DNA of 64,000 nucleotides from Blastocystis sp. Blastoise (lineage: Eukaryota; Protista; Bigyra: Opalinata): positions 1,054,001 to 1,118,000 of the forward strand of contig JBBPEB010000004.1 in the NCBI GenBank assembly GCA_039096225.1. The letters are read 5' to 3'. Both the position numbers and the translations under genes were made by a program. Below, piece after piece: positions 1 through 14,491 of the stretch. How positions within the stretch are numbered: the stretch's first letter is position 1; the number at the start of each line of letters is the position of its first letter. The notes under the pieces are model-generated. The model made no database searches and was not told the origin of the DNA. It saw only the letters and a list, made by a program, of their open reading frames with translations.

Positions 1-2
1 AA

Positions 3-3000
3 ATTCATTATTTTCATTCACCTTTACTTTATTTCACTTCTTTCCTTCAAATTCATCTTCTTCCATCTATATCTACATTATCTACTAATAATACACTTCT
101 TCTCTATACTACATGTAGAGGGAAATCTTCTTGTCAATATCTATTATATCCTCAATATCCTGTATCTTCTTCTTCTATTTGGACATATATACAAAAAACA
201 CAAGAAATAAATCCTTTATGGACTACAATAAACTATAATGATTCTTCATGGTCACAACTCTCTTCTTCTTCTTCTTCTCCATTAATATCATCATCAATAT
301 ATCTTTATCGATCTATATTCACAGTAACATCAACTTCTCTTCTTCAATCTATCTCCTTATATATATCTACTTCATTTCCATTCATTCTATATATTAATGG
401 AATTCAAATCATACAATATGAATGGATATCTTCTACTAATAATCCAAATATTATGAATAAGAAATCTATTTCTAATGATACTCAATCATTCTTATTAACA
501 CATACATATGATATTATTGAAGAAGGAATTAATTGTATATCTTTAGAAATCTTTATATCCGATATAAATACTTCTTCGTCTATTCTTCCTTTTGATTGTT
601 CTCTTCTCCTTTTTTATCATGAACATATTATAGATCTTCTTTCTTTATCTACACTATATTTAAATAATCAAGTTGTTTCTTCTTCTATTCCTTCTACATA
701 TTCTACAACATGTTTTTTATCTCCTAATTATCATGCTACTACTATTTATTCTAAACTTCCTTCTTATCTATTTGATCTTAATCTCTATACTTCATGGTAT
801 CAACCTATGACTATTACTTTAGATCCAATTGAACTCTTACTTCTCTTTCATAATCATATTTCTCTTCATCATAATGTCTTATGTTTCATTACAAATCCAT
901 CACAACCATTCTATGATCCATATCAATGGACACTCTATGGAGTTCTTCAAAGCCAATCAAATGGTTTATCTAATTCACAATATACAGATGATCTATTATA
1001 TCATTCTGAATATGATATTTATCAATCTACACTCAGTAGAAAATGTTATTATCTATTAAATAATACAAAATCTTATCAAGGATATCGACTTATCTTTGAA
1101 AAACCATATAATTCACTATATATACAATATATTTCTCTTTCTCAAATTGAATTTTTCTCTATGAATCTTCAAACAATAGAATTACCTCCTTTTGAATTAC
1201 CTAAGAATCGATATATATTCTTTTATCAAACAAAATATATCTCACCATTCTTCTATCCTTATGGATATCAAAATTATGAAATATCTTCTTCTGCTCTTCC
1301 ATTTTCTAATTTTAATTCTCTTCATGGATATTTTAATCCTTTTATATTATTAACATATTCTTCTCGACTTACTACTATTACAGCAACAAATCTAAAGAAT
1401 GAAATAGTATCAAATACAATTACTTTAGAATCTAGATATTGTAATGATGGATATAGTCCTCTACATTTATATGTATATATGGATGAACATTATTTAACAG
1501 TTACTTATACATTAAGATCTATATTGAATAATAATGAAGATATTCTTAATAAAACTATAGGAAATAATGATAATATCGATACACCTCCTATGAATATTTA
1601 TACAGAATCCTCTATATTATATCAATCCAAAGATATACTTCCTTCAGTAACTCTAGCGAAAGATTTTTGTTTAGATAATGGTATATATCAAATAGAAATA
1701 GAAGATTCTCAAGAAGAACCATGGATAAATAGTTTTATATCTATTCAAGGTATTGAACATTCATTCGTTACTATACATAAACCAAGAGGCAAATATTATA
1801 AATATATATTTAATTTAAATTATATTCTTAATTCAAGAGATTCTAATTGGAAATTAAAAGATATATCTACTTATCCTATAAATTGGAATACATTATCTTT
1901 TAATGATATATTATGGGATCGATATGATATTCAATTTAGTCAATCTATATATGATTCTCCTCTTCATTTATTTCGACATTCATTCACTATTACTGAACAT
2001 GATATTCAATCTTATTTATCTATTGCTATTTCTATTAATTCTCCAATTGGATGGGTTATTCATATAAATGGTATTACAATGAAAATATGGAATATGATTA
2101 ATGATATTTCAATGATACATGCAAATACTTATTCTATTCATTATTATCCAACTAGACCTAATACAGGTATACTTAAATCTTTGTATAATTGTCCAAATAA
2201 TATATCCTATTCTTCTTTTTCTACAAATATTTCTTCTACAAATATTTCTTCTTCTTTTTCTTCTACAAATATTTCTTCTTCTTCTACATCTACTAATCTT
2301 TCAGAATGTATATCTCCTTTTATTTTAGGAAAGAATGTTTTAGCTATAGAGTTTCATGAAGATGCTCATGCTGTTCTTTATGATTTCCAATTTGATGCAT
2401 CTATTCGACGAATTCATTCTCGTGAAAATTTAATGTTTTCAGGAGAATATCATAGTAATTGGAATATTGAAGGTATTCAAGGTGTAAATGCTCTATTTGA
2501 TAATAATATATATACTTCTGTATATATAGAAGGAGAATGTAAAGGAATTCAATATCAATGGACTTATACTTATGATCGTTATGTAATGATTAATTCTTAT
2601 AGAATTGCTAATGGAGATGATTGTATTCATTTAAGTCCTACTTCTTGGATTCTAGAAGGTTCTTTAGATAGTAATACATGGATATTATTAGATACAGTTA
2701 CTTATGTATATTGGACTACTTTCAATCAAGAATATTATTTTTCTTTCTTTAATAATAATGTATATACTAATTATCGAATAACTATACAATCCTGTTCAAT
2801 GCCTATTGAAGATTCTTCATGTATTTCTTATGGATTACAACTTAGTGAATGGACACTATCAGTTGATACTCTTACTTATTGTGAAGATATTCATGGAGAT
2901 TTAACAATTCCTTATGGTCATTTCTTATTATTCCCTTGTATATCTTGTGAATATGGATATATAGTGAAGAGATGTTTAGGTAATAATGAATATATTATTC

Positions 3001-5380
3001 TTTATGAAACATGTACATCTTCTCTTCCTTCTTCTTTCTATTATTCTTATGATTCTAGTTTATATCCTCCTTCTATTACTAATACAACTCAAGGAATATC
3101 TCCTTCTTCTCCTTTTATTCTTTATCGTTATATATCGATATCTCCTCTTTATCCTTCTATTTCTATATGTAATGCTACTTATACGAATATTACAATTCTA
3201 CCTAATGGACTTCATTTAAATCCAAATACTGGAATAATCACAGGAATACCTACTTCTATACAAGAATCTATTCATATTATAATTTCTATAAATACATTGA
3301 CTAGTACTTCTATATCAAGTTTATATATATCAATAACTGAACATTATTGTCCATCTATAGATACATGGCCATTAACACTTCCTGGAACTACTGCATCTAT
3401 TCCTTGTGATGATCCTATTCATTATTTTGGAAATCTTCTTCGAACATGTAGAGAAGATCTTCTTGTTCCTATTTGGGGAGTTATCGTGAATAACTGTACA
3501 TTAAATATTCCTCAACTTATATATTCTTCAACATTCTTTGGAACATTAGATGAAGTATATTACCTAGAACCAGTAATATATTCTGGACTTTATGACCATA
3601 TTACTTTCATTCCTCCACTTCCTTCTTCTTTTTCCTTTAATAACGATACAAGAGTAATTACACTTTCTTCTTCTTCTTTTTTAGGACAAGTATATCTTAT
3701 TAATATCAGTAATACTTATGGATATAGTCTTTCAACTATTCGTGTTTCTATTTATTATCATATCGATAGTTCTTATTGTAGTGACAACGATGGATTCCCT
3801 TATATGCGTCAAGAACAAACTCTTTCGATTCCTTGTGAAGATCCAATACATTATAAAGGACAACGAACAAAAACTTGTTTTGTCTATGGTAACATCAATT
3901 CAAATATTACTTCTACATGTAATCCAAAAGATCCACAAATACATTATCCAAGATCTTTATATGGTTATATAAATCAGAATATTGATATTCTTACTCCTTT
4001 TATTATCTCTTTTCCTCCTCATATACTTAGTATATCTCCTTCTCTTCCTACAACACTTCATTTCGATACAACTAAGGGTATATTATCAGGATATACAACA
4101 ACTACTATATTAGATACATATACTATTTCTATTACAGATACTATAGGTACTAGTTCTATATCTTTATATATTCATATCACAGAACCTTATTGTGAACAAG
4201 ACGATGAATGGCCAGAAACAATTGTTGGATATACAGTCTCTATTCCATGTGAAGATCCGATCAATTTCATTGGTGAACGATCACGTGCTTATATTTTGGA
4301 TAGATCTCCTATTTGGTCAGAGATTACAGTTTCTTGTGTTATATCTCCTCCTTCTCTTTCTTATCCTTCTTCTTCTTTATATACATATGTAGATAAACCA
4401 ATTCAACCATTTCAACCAACTACAACGGGTTTGAATTTATCTGATTATTCAATCAGTCCTTCTTTGACGAATGGTTTATCATTTAATAATAAAACAGGAA
4501 TAATCACAGGAACAGCATCGATTCGAGATAGTTCTTTATATAGTATATCCGTAAATAATTCAGCTGGTACTGGTCGAACAACATTATATATATCTATAAT
4601 AATGTTAACATGTAGTAAAGAAGATGAATGGATATATAGTTATGAAAATACAACAGTATACCTTTGGTGTGGCGATGGATATATAGGTACGAAACAGCGC
4701 ACGTGCATGAGATTCGAGAATGATACAACTTATTGGGGAACTATAGATACAGAGAATTGTGTAGATATATCACGTGAGAAACGTAATGATTTAACTTACA
4801 TCAATATACCTTTTCGAGTATGTTTATTCTATATATAATATATATATAACTATTTTTTATTTTAATATATAATAATATAAATATTTTATAGATTATGGGA
4901 ATATCTTTAGCTTCATTTTCTATACCCCTAGTTTATGAACAGTTTCGACTATCGATATATAACACAGTACAATCCTGGATACTGAATACAGAAAATGTTG
5001 TTATTTCTAGTATATATGAAGTAACTACAGAAAGTGTATTTAGTGGAGGAATAACAGATATAGTTATAAGGATATATTGTGATTCAGCAACAGCTTCAGA
5101 AGTAGTATCAAATCTATTAGACGTTTATGAGTTGAATCACGATTTCTTTAAGGAGTCGATGGTTTCTAGTTCAAGTGAAGTACTTAAAGAAATCGAATCT
5201 ATAGATATAATTGTAGACGAAGTTAAAATATATAATGGCGATGTAGCAATGATATATATAATAATAATAATATTTATAATTATAGTTACAGTAGCAATTA
5301 TAATGTATGTAGGATACAAATTATATACAAAGAAGTTTCGTATAGCCAAGAAACCAAAGGTAGCCGTGATTAAAGAATAG
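3..5380 (+). CDS. Large type-I membrane/surface protein with carbohydrate-binding-like beta-sandwich domains and repeated He_PIG (putative Ig)/Cys-rich modules; 5' end lies outside the window
   Basis: Frame is open from position 3 through ORF 453..4838. Repeated LPxGLxxNxxTGIITG and CxxxDxWP...IPCxDP modules; WxxxxYNDxxW motifs. A phase-0 GT-AG intron at 4818..4891 joins ORF 4895..5380, which carries a C-terminal TM helix followed by a basic tail. Confidence 0.8.
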
Positions 5381-5611
5381 ATTAGACTATAAATAAATTA
5401 GACTAAAAACAAAATATTGTTTAGTTACTATGAATGAATAATAATTAATTACACAACATAAATAATGATAAAAATATTTTTATTATATAAATTTAATAAC
5501 TTGAAGTGAACAAATATTTAGATATATAGGCATATAAATGTTAGAGAATTGTGTAAGCATATCTATAGAATATAGATGATTGATAGAGATAGATATAGAT
5601 AAAATAAATAA

Positions 5612-5880
<269 letters not shown>

Positions 5881-5899
5881 AAGAATAGGAAGAATAGGA

Positions 5900-8300
5900 A
5901 GAATACGTATAATCAAGAAATAAGCGTAATTCAGTTCTATTTTGTTCGCAATTATATCGTTCTTTTAATTTTTATCAACCATCTCTTTTACTTTAGTAAG
6001 CTACTTATATTTAGCATTATGATTCAGACGCCTATTAAATTTTTGTATCATTCTAAAATCTTTGATTAGCACATATGTTTAAACCACTCCTCTTTCGTTT
6101 TTCATGTTTTTATTTATTTCCTATATAACATATATAGTATAAAGATTTGTTATATATTACTTCTAAAGCTTTTAAACTATTTTAAATATACATACGTTAT
6201 ATAAATAATTTCAAAAGACTTCCACATTTTGCGTGTTTTTTCTGTGTTTTACATTCTAGTTTTCTTTTACGTTATATCTTTACATGAAGCATTTCTATTC
6301 AACAAACGGCTACATAATGATACTTTAGAAGTAAGAGACGCGATCAGATCAACAGCCAACCACGATTTAACTAACTTCTCAGTCACTTCAGCACTATAAT
6401 TCAGAAAGAAAGTCTATTAAAAATACTATATACCCAGCGATATGTAAGAAACCCGGACTTATGCATATAATGGATCAAAAATAGCAGCATCTGAGATACA
6501 TTAGCACGTTAAAAATAGAAACCTGGACTTCAATAAGCTTTTCATTTCGTCTTAAACGCTAGTATAACTCATAAAAGTTTTATAATTAAATATAGATATG
6601 TATATACTATCAGATCCAACAAAGGAAACCTTAGGTAGAGCAAAAACATGGAAAAACACGGCTAATTTGTTTTCCAAAAAGTGTTTCCACAAGGTTATTT
6701 TCAACTATAATATTTAAAATATATTAAGGGGAATGTATAGAGTAAAAAGCAATAAGAATAAAACATGATCATGACAAATAGAGTCACATTGACGCGATTA
6801 CTTAATTAACACTTTGTTCTATTACAAAATAAATAATAAATTCATGTGTCCGACTTATAGACAAGATGATATACTATTTTAATATACATTATTCCTTTGA
6901 TTAGATCAAGAAATAAAAGAAATATGTTGAAAAATTCATATGAACAAAGAATTTCCCTTATTTCCACCATTCGTTTAAAAACCAATTAAATCGTCAATTC
7001 TTTGACAAATAAATAAATGTCATGATGAAATATGATATCAACCAATGATGTTTGACAATTAAAAGACATCTGGAAGCTTCTATGAAATCCCCGGCCTTTT
7101 TTTCGCGGGGCTAATGTTCCACCTCAACTTTTTGTAATTTTACAATATACGTAGTTTCATCAAAAAATAGTCATACCAATCAACTGAACATAATAAACTA
7201 AACCATTTGAGTGAAAACAACGACAACATCACACATCATTCAAAGACAAACATCATTATAAAGCCAGTTTAAAATACTTTTAAAAGTATGTAAGGACATC
7301 CAGGAATGTTTTGAGATACATTTCAAACCTAAAGAAAAAGAAAAAATAAATTCGCAGGTCTATTATACACTGTTATTCTGGTTTCATTTTTTTAAAGTAT
7401 ATGATTGGCTAGTTTCAGTTCAGAATTTGTTCAGCCACTAAAAACAGAGTAGTTTTAGAGACTTAGGTAAAAATCGTGAATTTTGACAAAATTTTGATAC
7501 TTTTTTTCAGTTGACTTTTTATTAGACTATAAAATTCATGTTTAGCATATGTTATCAAAGAATTGACAATATTTTCTTGTTTTACAAGGTCACATAATAT
7601 CCAAAACGTTTTTATTTTGTTTTAAGTCGCAATTACGACAAATAATGGGGTCAATATCTTAAAACCTTTTGTTGCTCTGTTTAAAGTTTAGACCTTCTTA
7701 GAGTCACAAGTATGCGTAAAAAGGAATAAAAAAGACCTCTATGGGTCAAAACCAAAATTCAGCCAAAAAGTCAAAAATTTATATTTTTTTTACACTGAAA
7801 AATTTAACCGAGCCTATTTGTATCATGGGCAGTTAGACCAGAGTTTTGAATTTTTAAAATATCTACGGGAATATTTTTCTTGTTCAAAACTGAGTCTATT
7901 TATATTTTAATATATATCAGAGGACACAAGTGTTTTAGAAACGTTTTTTCTTTAGATTTTATTATCACTAACATTTCCTCATCAAAAAAACTTATCAGAG
8001 GTTATAAAAAAACTAGTTTTTCACAGAATCAAAGAAAGTCCTTCTATTTGTTGTATTTTGAAATGATTCTGTAATAAACAGGTATTTTAAGTTAGAAACA
8101 GTAGTTTTAAAACGTTTAAAAAAACAGATCAGAGAGTCAAAGAAAATGAGTAGTTTGTTTATAAGTTATGATTAGTGGGATTCAAGAGTATTTAATAATA
8201 GTGTAGTATGTGACTTGTCACAGGTTATAATACTATTAAAATATCTAAAAAAAACAAAAAAACAATAAAACTGAATTTCTATGTAATTTTTCTTTTTTGA
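5900..8300. repeat. Diverged relative of the long-repeat family at 14492 and 25238 (boundaries approximate)
   Basis: Non-coding and lacks (TA)n tracts. TTTTGTTTTAAGTCGCAATTAC (~7615) matches TTTTGTTTAAAGTCACAATTAC (~26710) at 20/22. Also shares GTTTTAGAG, AAAACGTTT and TTTATTAGACTA words. Confidence 0.45.
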
Positions 8301-8799
8301 CTAATAAATTTGAATTTAAACGTGAATTCGCATTTATTTTTTATTTGACGTCTGTATTTGGAATTAGAGCTTATTAAAAGGTTTATGTATGTTTCTATGA
8401 TAAGGACATGCTATTTCAGTATTTAATTATAAAATATTTTATATATTTTTTCGTAATTCTTTAAGATTTTGCATTCTGGATTCCCTCTTTCTACCTGGTA
8501 GTCTTTGTATTCTTTTTTAAGATGGTTTGTGATGTACACATGTTGACTTATTTCTTATGAGGTATTTTTTTAGATTCATTTTTAATTCATTTAGGTTTTT
8601 GGTTACTCTTGTCTACCTTCTTTCAAACAACAACTCAAGCACTGTTGAAGGTATATAAATATATTATATATATTTTTATTTTTTTGCATTAGTACTTTTC
8701 AATTTTTCTCTTTTCGTATATAAATATTATTTTTATTATTGTTTATTCTTATTCATTTTATGCTTCTTATTTTATATATTATTTAGAGTATTAATTTTT

Positions 8800-9700
8800 T
8801 TGTCTCAATTTATGAATCCAGTTGATCGTTATATTCTTTTAAAGAAAAATATAGGTTTATATATTATTATTATTATTTATAACAATAATTATTATTATCT
8901 CTAGCCATTAAATGAATGTATAAAAAATGTATAAGAATCAGTGAATCATAATTATATAAGAAGAGGTTAGAAGAAGCTATGAAAAAGATTGAAGTGAACA
9001 TACAACATAATGATTTAAAGAGTAAAGAAAGGGAATTAACTCAACAATTGAATTGTAATTATCCTACGATTATTTAACTATATAATAGTTATAATGTTCT
9101 TTCTATTATTATATCTGATACTGTATATTATTATTCTATTATATATTTACTATATTATATTGAATTCTGTATTCTATTTTATGTAATGATTTTGTTTTAT
9201 TATTCTATATTATCAACTTATAAGTAGCCATTTATTATTGATTCATATTTGTTTTCTTTATAATAATAATAAAAGAATAAGAATGACTATATATATATAG
9301 GCACCTTTTTATTATTGGTACCTTATGTTTGTGCTATTATGAACATTATTACTGCAAATAATCATGAATATGCTAAGAAGCAATGTGTTCTTGAAAGAAA
9401 AATTGTAAAAGAATCATTAGTGAATGAAACATTATTTATTTGTATAAAAGTTCATCATCCTCTTAAATATGTATATATATATATATATAATTATTATTAT
9501 TATAGAGAAGAACTTGATTATTTATATTTTTATTTTATTTTATTCTTATTATTATGTTATATATATATATATTTTTTTTATTTATTTATTTATTATTTTA
9601 TATAAAGATAGAGAACAGATAATTCTTTATAATGTCAAAATTTCTATTTTAGAGATTAAAAAAAGGTATATAAATATTTATTACCTAATTATTCATATAA
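8800..9700 (+). pseudogene. Possible decayed gene fragments
   Basis: Purine-rich exon-like blocks bounded by TATAG/GTATA signals but broken by stops; no recognisable domain. Confidence 0.25.
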
Positions 9701-12258
9701 TAGTTTGTTTGATAATTATTTAATGTTGAAAATTTTAGCATTTATATACTATGAGATATATTTTATAGTATTTCTTCTTGTACTTCTTGATTAGAAAATA
9801 TCATATAAAACTAGAATTACTAATCAGAATATATATTTTTGTATGTTTATGTCACTACATTTTATGTAGACTATTTGAAAGCTAAATTAATTTCTTTGAA
9901 GCTTCTAATTGTAATATAATTCTTTTCAACGAACTTATTGGATAAATATATATTACATATTAAGATTTGAATTAATGTATTACCATGTTCATTGTTATAT
10001 ATATTTTGGTTACTTTTATTCCTGTATTACTACTACCTCTTTTTCCATTAGACAAATCTATATTTGGAATTAATTTATCTTCTTCTGACATTTTTTTTGT
10101 CTCCTATATTCTATTCATATATCTATCTTCATATTCTTATATTCTTTTTAAATAAATAAAAGAATTGAATTACTATAAAATTCAATTATACTCTTCCTTT
10201 GTTTAGAATTATCAATATATATTTTGAATTTTTTCTTCATCTACTCATAATCCTTTAATTTTTATATACTCATTTAAGTGCTTCTATAAATATATATACT
10301 GATTCTATTTAGTAAGAGTAGCCTTTCTACATTGATAACTCAATTCTACCTTCTAAACTATTTACTTGTTACTATACATTTATCTTTCTGAAAAAAGAAA
10401 TATTATTTCTAAGAATTTAAAATCAGCATTTATGTCTCTTATTCTTTTTCTATTTATACGTTAGAAAACACATATTTTCATTTCAGTCTTTATATAAATA
10501 TTTATTCATAATTAATATTTGATTTACAGAATTAGTCTATTATAATGTAAATATATTTTTGCTACTATTTTTATTTTCTTAAATATCTCAATAATATTCA
10601 AGATGTCTATCCTAGATTCAAAATATATCCATTTTATTGTTATAATACTTCTTATGCTATTAGTCTTTCCGTTATTATAATGAATCCTACTGAACATTAT
10701 CATAAAGATCTACATATACTTATTTATATTTTATATATAATGAAATAGATATTATCGAACTTATTAATAATTCTATTATACTAATTTTTATGTAAAAAAA
10801 ATACTAGGCTCATATTATTCATTTATTAATAGGAGTGCTTTAAAGCTACTTATCTTCCAAATATTGAGTTATATAATAATAATATTGCTATTAATGATAT
10901 TTATTCAAAAATTACTTTTGCTCTATTCCTGTATTTAGAATTAAATGTTATGAACTAAAATTTCATTATAATACTCTTACTATTCCTATTATATTAATTA
11001 TGAAATAGAAATGATAATAGCTATAATGCAAATATTATATATATATACTATCTTTATTCCTCCTGTGACTACTACTCATATTCCTGATACTATTATACTT
11101 TTATCAAATTATGTTACATACAAATAATGGCTCAAAACTGAGTATTTTCTTGTTTTAATAGTACTACTGATATTCATACTCCTTCTATATTATAGAATGT
11201 TACAATTACTCATATTAATGTATACTTATTATGTCTATGTTCATATTTTTTTAATGATATTGGTCATGATCACTCCAGGATATTATAAACATTTCATATT
11301 ATTATTATTTTCCATTATTATTACTTTATGTCATTATTATAACCATATAAGTATCCTAGTTTTTATTCTACTGTTGTGGTGAATCTTGATTACATGAATC
11401 TTCATATTTCTATTATCTAACTATTGTTTATCCCCTGAGAGTATTGAATCAACTAATAACGATTCACAAAAAAATAATGATATCAAAATTCTATTAATTT
11501 TATTAATTATCATATTATTATGTTCATCAATATAATTTCTTCCTTACCTAAACTTTTTATTATTTATATTTCCCTTACATCTGAGTCAATGTAACATATA
11601 TTCGAATTACAAATGTTACTACAAAATGGAGTATTCCATATTATTTAAAAGTTAATATATATATAGATTATTAAAAACACATCCTTATATTTTTAATTAA
11701 TGTAACCTAACAAAATTATACATATTTCTTCTTATTCATGTAATTATACATTTTCTACCAATAATACTACTAGTAATAATGATAGTGATCCTCATTTTAT
11801 TCATATTATTACTACATGTTTCCATTAATTACTATAATTATACTGTTTATAGTTTTCTTAATATTCTTACTATCATGTAATTATTTATACTTTAATTTGT
11901 ACATCACCATATATTGATTTCATTGATTAATGAAATTATCATATAATTTTAATACTATATGTAAATAATGATTCTATTTTTATAAATTCGAGAAACACTT
12001 ATATTATATTACATATGTATCACCTAATAATTATATTAATAATTATATTATGTTGTATTAAAATGATAAATCTCATGCTATTAATATATTGTTAAGCAAC
12101 TTAATTCCATTTTACTACAATTTATTCTCATTCGATTACTTTTATTTCCAAATGCTAATTATTATCTTCTTAAGTAATTCCTTTTTCTGCTTAAAACTCC
12201 TTATAATAAGTCTCTTTTATTATCTTCTTCTATTCTTATTGTTAAATAAGACTTTGAT

Positions 12259-12296
<38 letters not shown>

Positions 12297-14383
12297 CTCT
12301 TGTTGATCATGATATTATTAAGTTTTATTGATTACTTTTTTTTCGGAAAGTAGTTAACTTATAAGAAATATTCTATTTTGAATTTGATAAATGTAAGAAT
12401 TTTTAATAAGAATTATTTAATTATTTTTAATTGAATATAAAATTGAAAACTAAATATGTTCAAGGAGAATATAAAGCATTCTTCGGCACAATCATTTATA
12501 AAAGAAGACAATTCCTTTATGTTTGAAGTTTTATATAATCTCTTTCATGGAATCATTATTAAAAAGTTTCTTTGTTTTCTAATTAGTTTTCATATCTTTA
12601 AATATCTATATATATATATATTTATAATGATTCTATTAATTACTATATGTGAGGATTATTTCATACATTTAACTATGATTATAATTTATTTCTTTTTGAA
12701 TATATAAATCAAAAATGGCATATGTTCTATTTCTTTCTATTTTTATTCTTAATTTCAAATGAATTATATTATAAGAAAACAGTCATTAATCTTATCAATA
12801 AAATTAATCATTTTTTTATATATAGAAAATGTTAAACTATATCATTATCTGATTGAAATGAATAGATAATAATAATAATAATAATTGTTGTTAAAGATAC
12901 TGTTTAAAACGATATGATTCTCACACATTGAATATGGAAATTAGAAATTATATTTTGTAATAACAAATAGTATATAGAAGATATCATTTTCAACTTACTT
13001 AATATTTTTCATTTTGAACACATTACTTTATTTTAATTATAATAAAATTGTTTCATAATTCGAAATATATATCATATATTATTAGTATTTATCAGAATAT
13101 ATTATGTAATCTCTTCTCGAATTCTATTATATAAAGATCTATTTTTGATACTGTTATCAATTTAGCGAAGTGAAAATAATTATTTAACCTATCATACTAT
13201 TTCTTAGTATTATTTATCATAACTGGTATTACTAGGTGCACTTTATTCTGAATATAAATTAATTTATTTGAAAGAAAATACTTTGCATTATTGAAACACT
13301 TCTTGATTATTTATAACTAATATATTTCTTTTCTTTTATTTGACCTTGAATTTAAATCTCAATCTTCTATTTATAATTGAATTATCAAGTTTCTAATTAT
13401 GTAGTTAGTAATCAGAAATGGATATTCTTTCTATTTAGTTCTTCTTCTTTTTAGTGGTTTTATATAACATTAATTTTTGTTTTAATTATTTAAATTTCTT
13501 TTTAGTATTCAATAAAGAATCAGAATTCTTATGTCATATTATTAAATTGACTAATGATACTTATACTTAATACAGATATTTCGTATTATTATTTGGTTTA
13601 TCATATCATCAGCCATTAATGTTCTACTTCATAGGAAATTTCTTTATTATTTAATACTATTCTGATTTATTTTTCTTTTGTAAAGAATAACGTTAATTAT
13701 TTATGATTAAAATTAATAGAATTTAATTATACTATACTTCCTATTATACTACTGTGACTCTTTATTTTTACAGTTATGATTACTTATAAAAACAATTTGA
13801 TCATTAATTATACATTCTCCATATTTATTATGTTCTGTTATGATCTTATTTATAGATAAAAAAAAGAAATGTATATCTTTTTCCTATTATTAGTTATATA
13901 TATTATGCTTTTATTTTAATTCAATTTTTCGTTGAAATCTTATTCGAATCAATATGAATTATTTCTTTTAAGCCTTAAAGATAAAGATTTTTTGCAAATA
14001 TCTTTAAATAAAAATATCTATAGTATATATTATTAAAATGAGAAATATCAATGTTTATCTATACATAAATCTTCATTGATTCATATTACTATGATTATTG
14101 CATGTTATTGAATAGTTTGATATTATTACTATCAAACTAATTAGAATAGTTGAATTAAATAAAATGGATACCAATTATCTAATTAAAAATAATATATTAT
14201 GAAGAATATTGTATTTTAAAGTGTCTTAAAATGTCATTTATATATAACTTTAACTTCATACATATTTTAAAATATAATTAAAAGATTATTATGAATATTA
14301 TCTCCTAATGATAAACCATGATCTTTGTATCAAATCTTTTAGGATGTTATTTATATAAACAATATGGAAATATATGAAAGATG

Positions 14384-14491
14384 ATAATATATATAAAAAA
14401 TAAATAAGATAAATAAAAATATATGTATACCGTTATATCTTAATATACTAAATAATATATATAAAAAATAAATAAGATAAATAAATATATA
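14384..14491. repeat. 68-bp-period tandem duplication; its second unit is interrupted by long-repeat copy 1
   Basis: ATAATATATATAAAAAATAAATAAGATAAATAAA occurs at 14384 and 14452. The intervening ATATATGTATACCGTTATATCTTAATATACTAAATA reappears with 3 changes at ~18954-18989. Confidence 0.8.

Noticed and set aside
5380-5430. TGTTTAGTT after the stop codon, resembling the Blastocystis TGTTTGTT polyadenylation motif
   Set aside because: Imperfect match, not seen consistently at other gene ends, and the genes here have genome-encoded stops.
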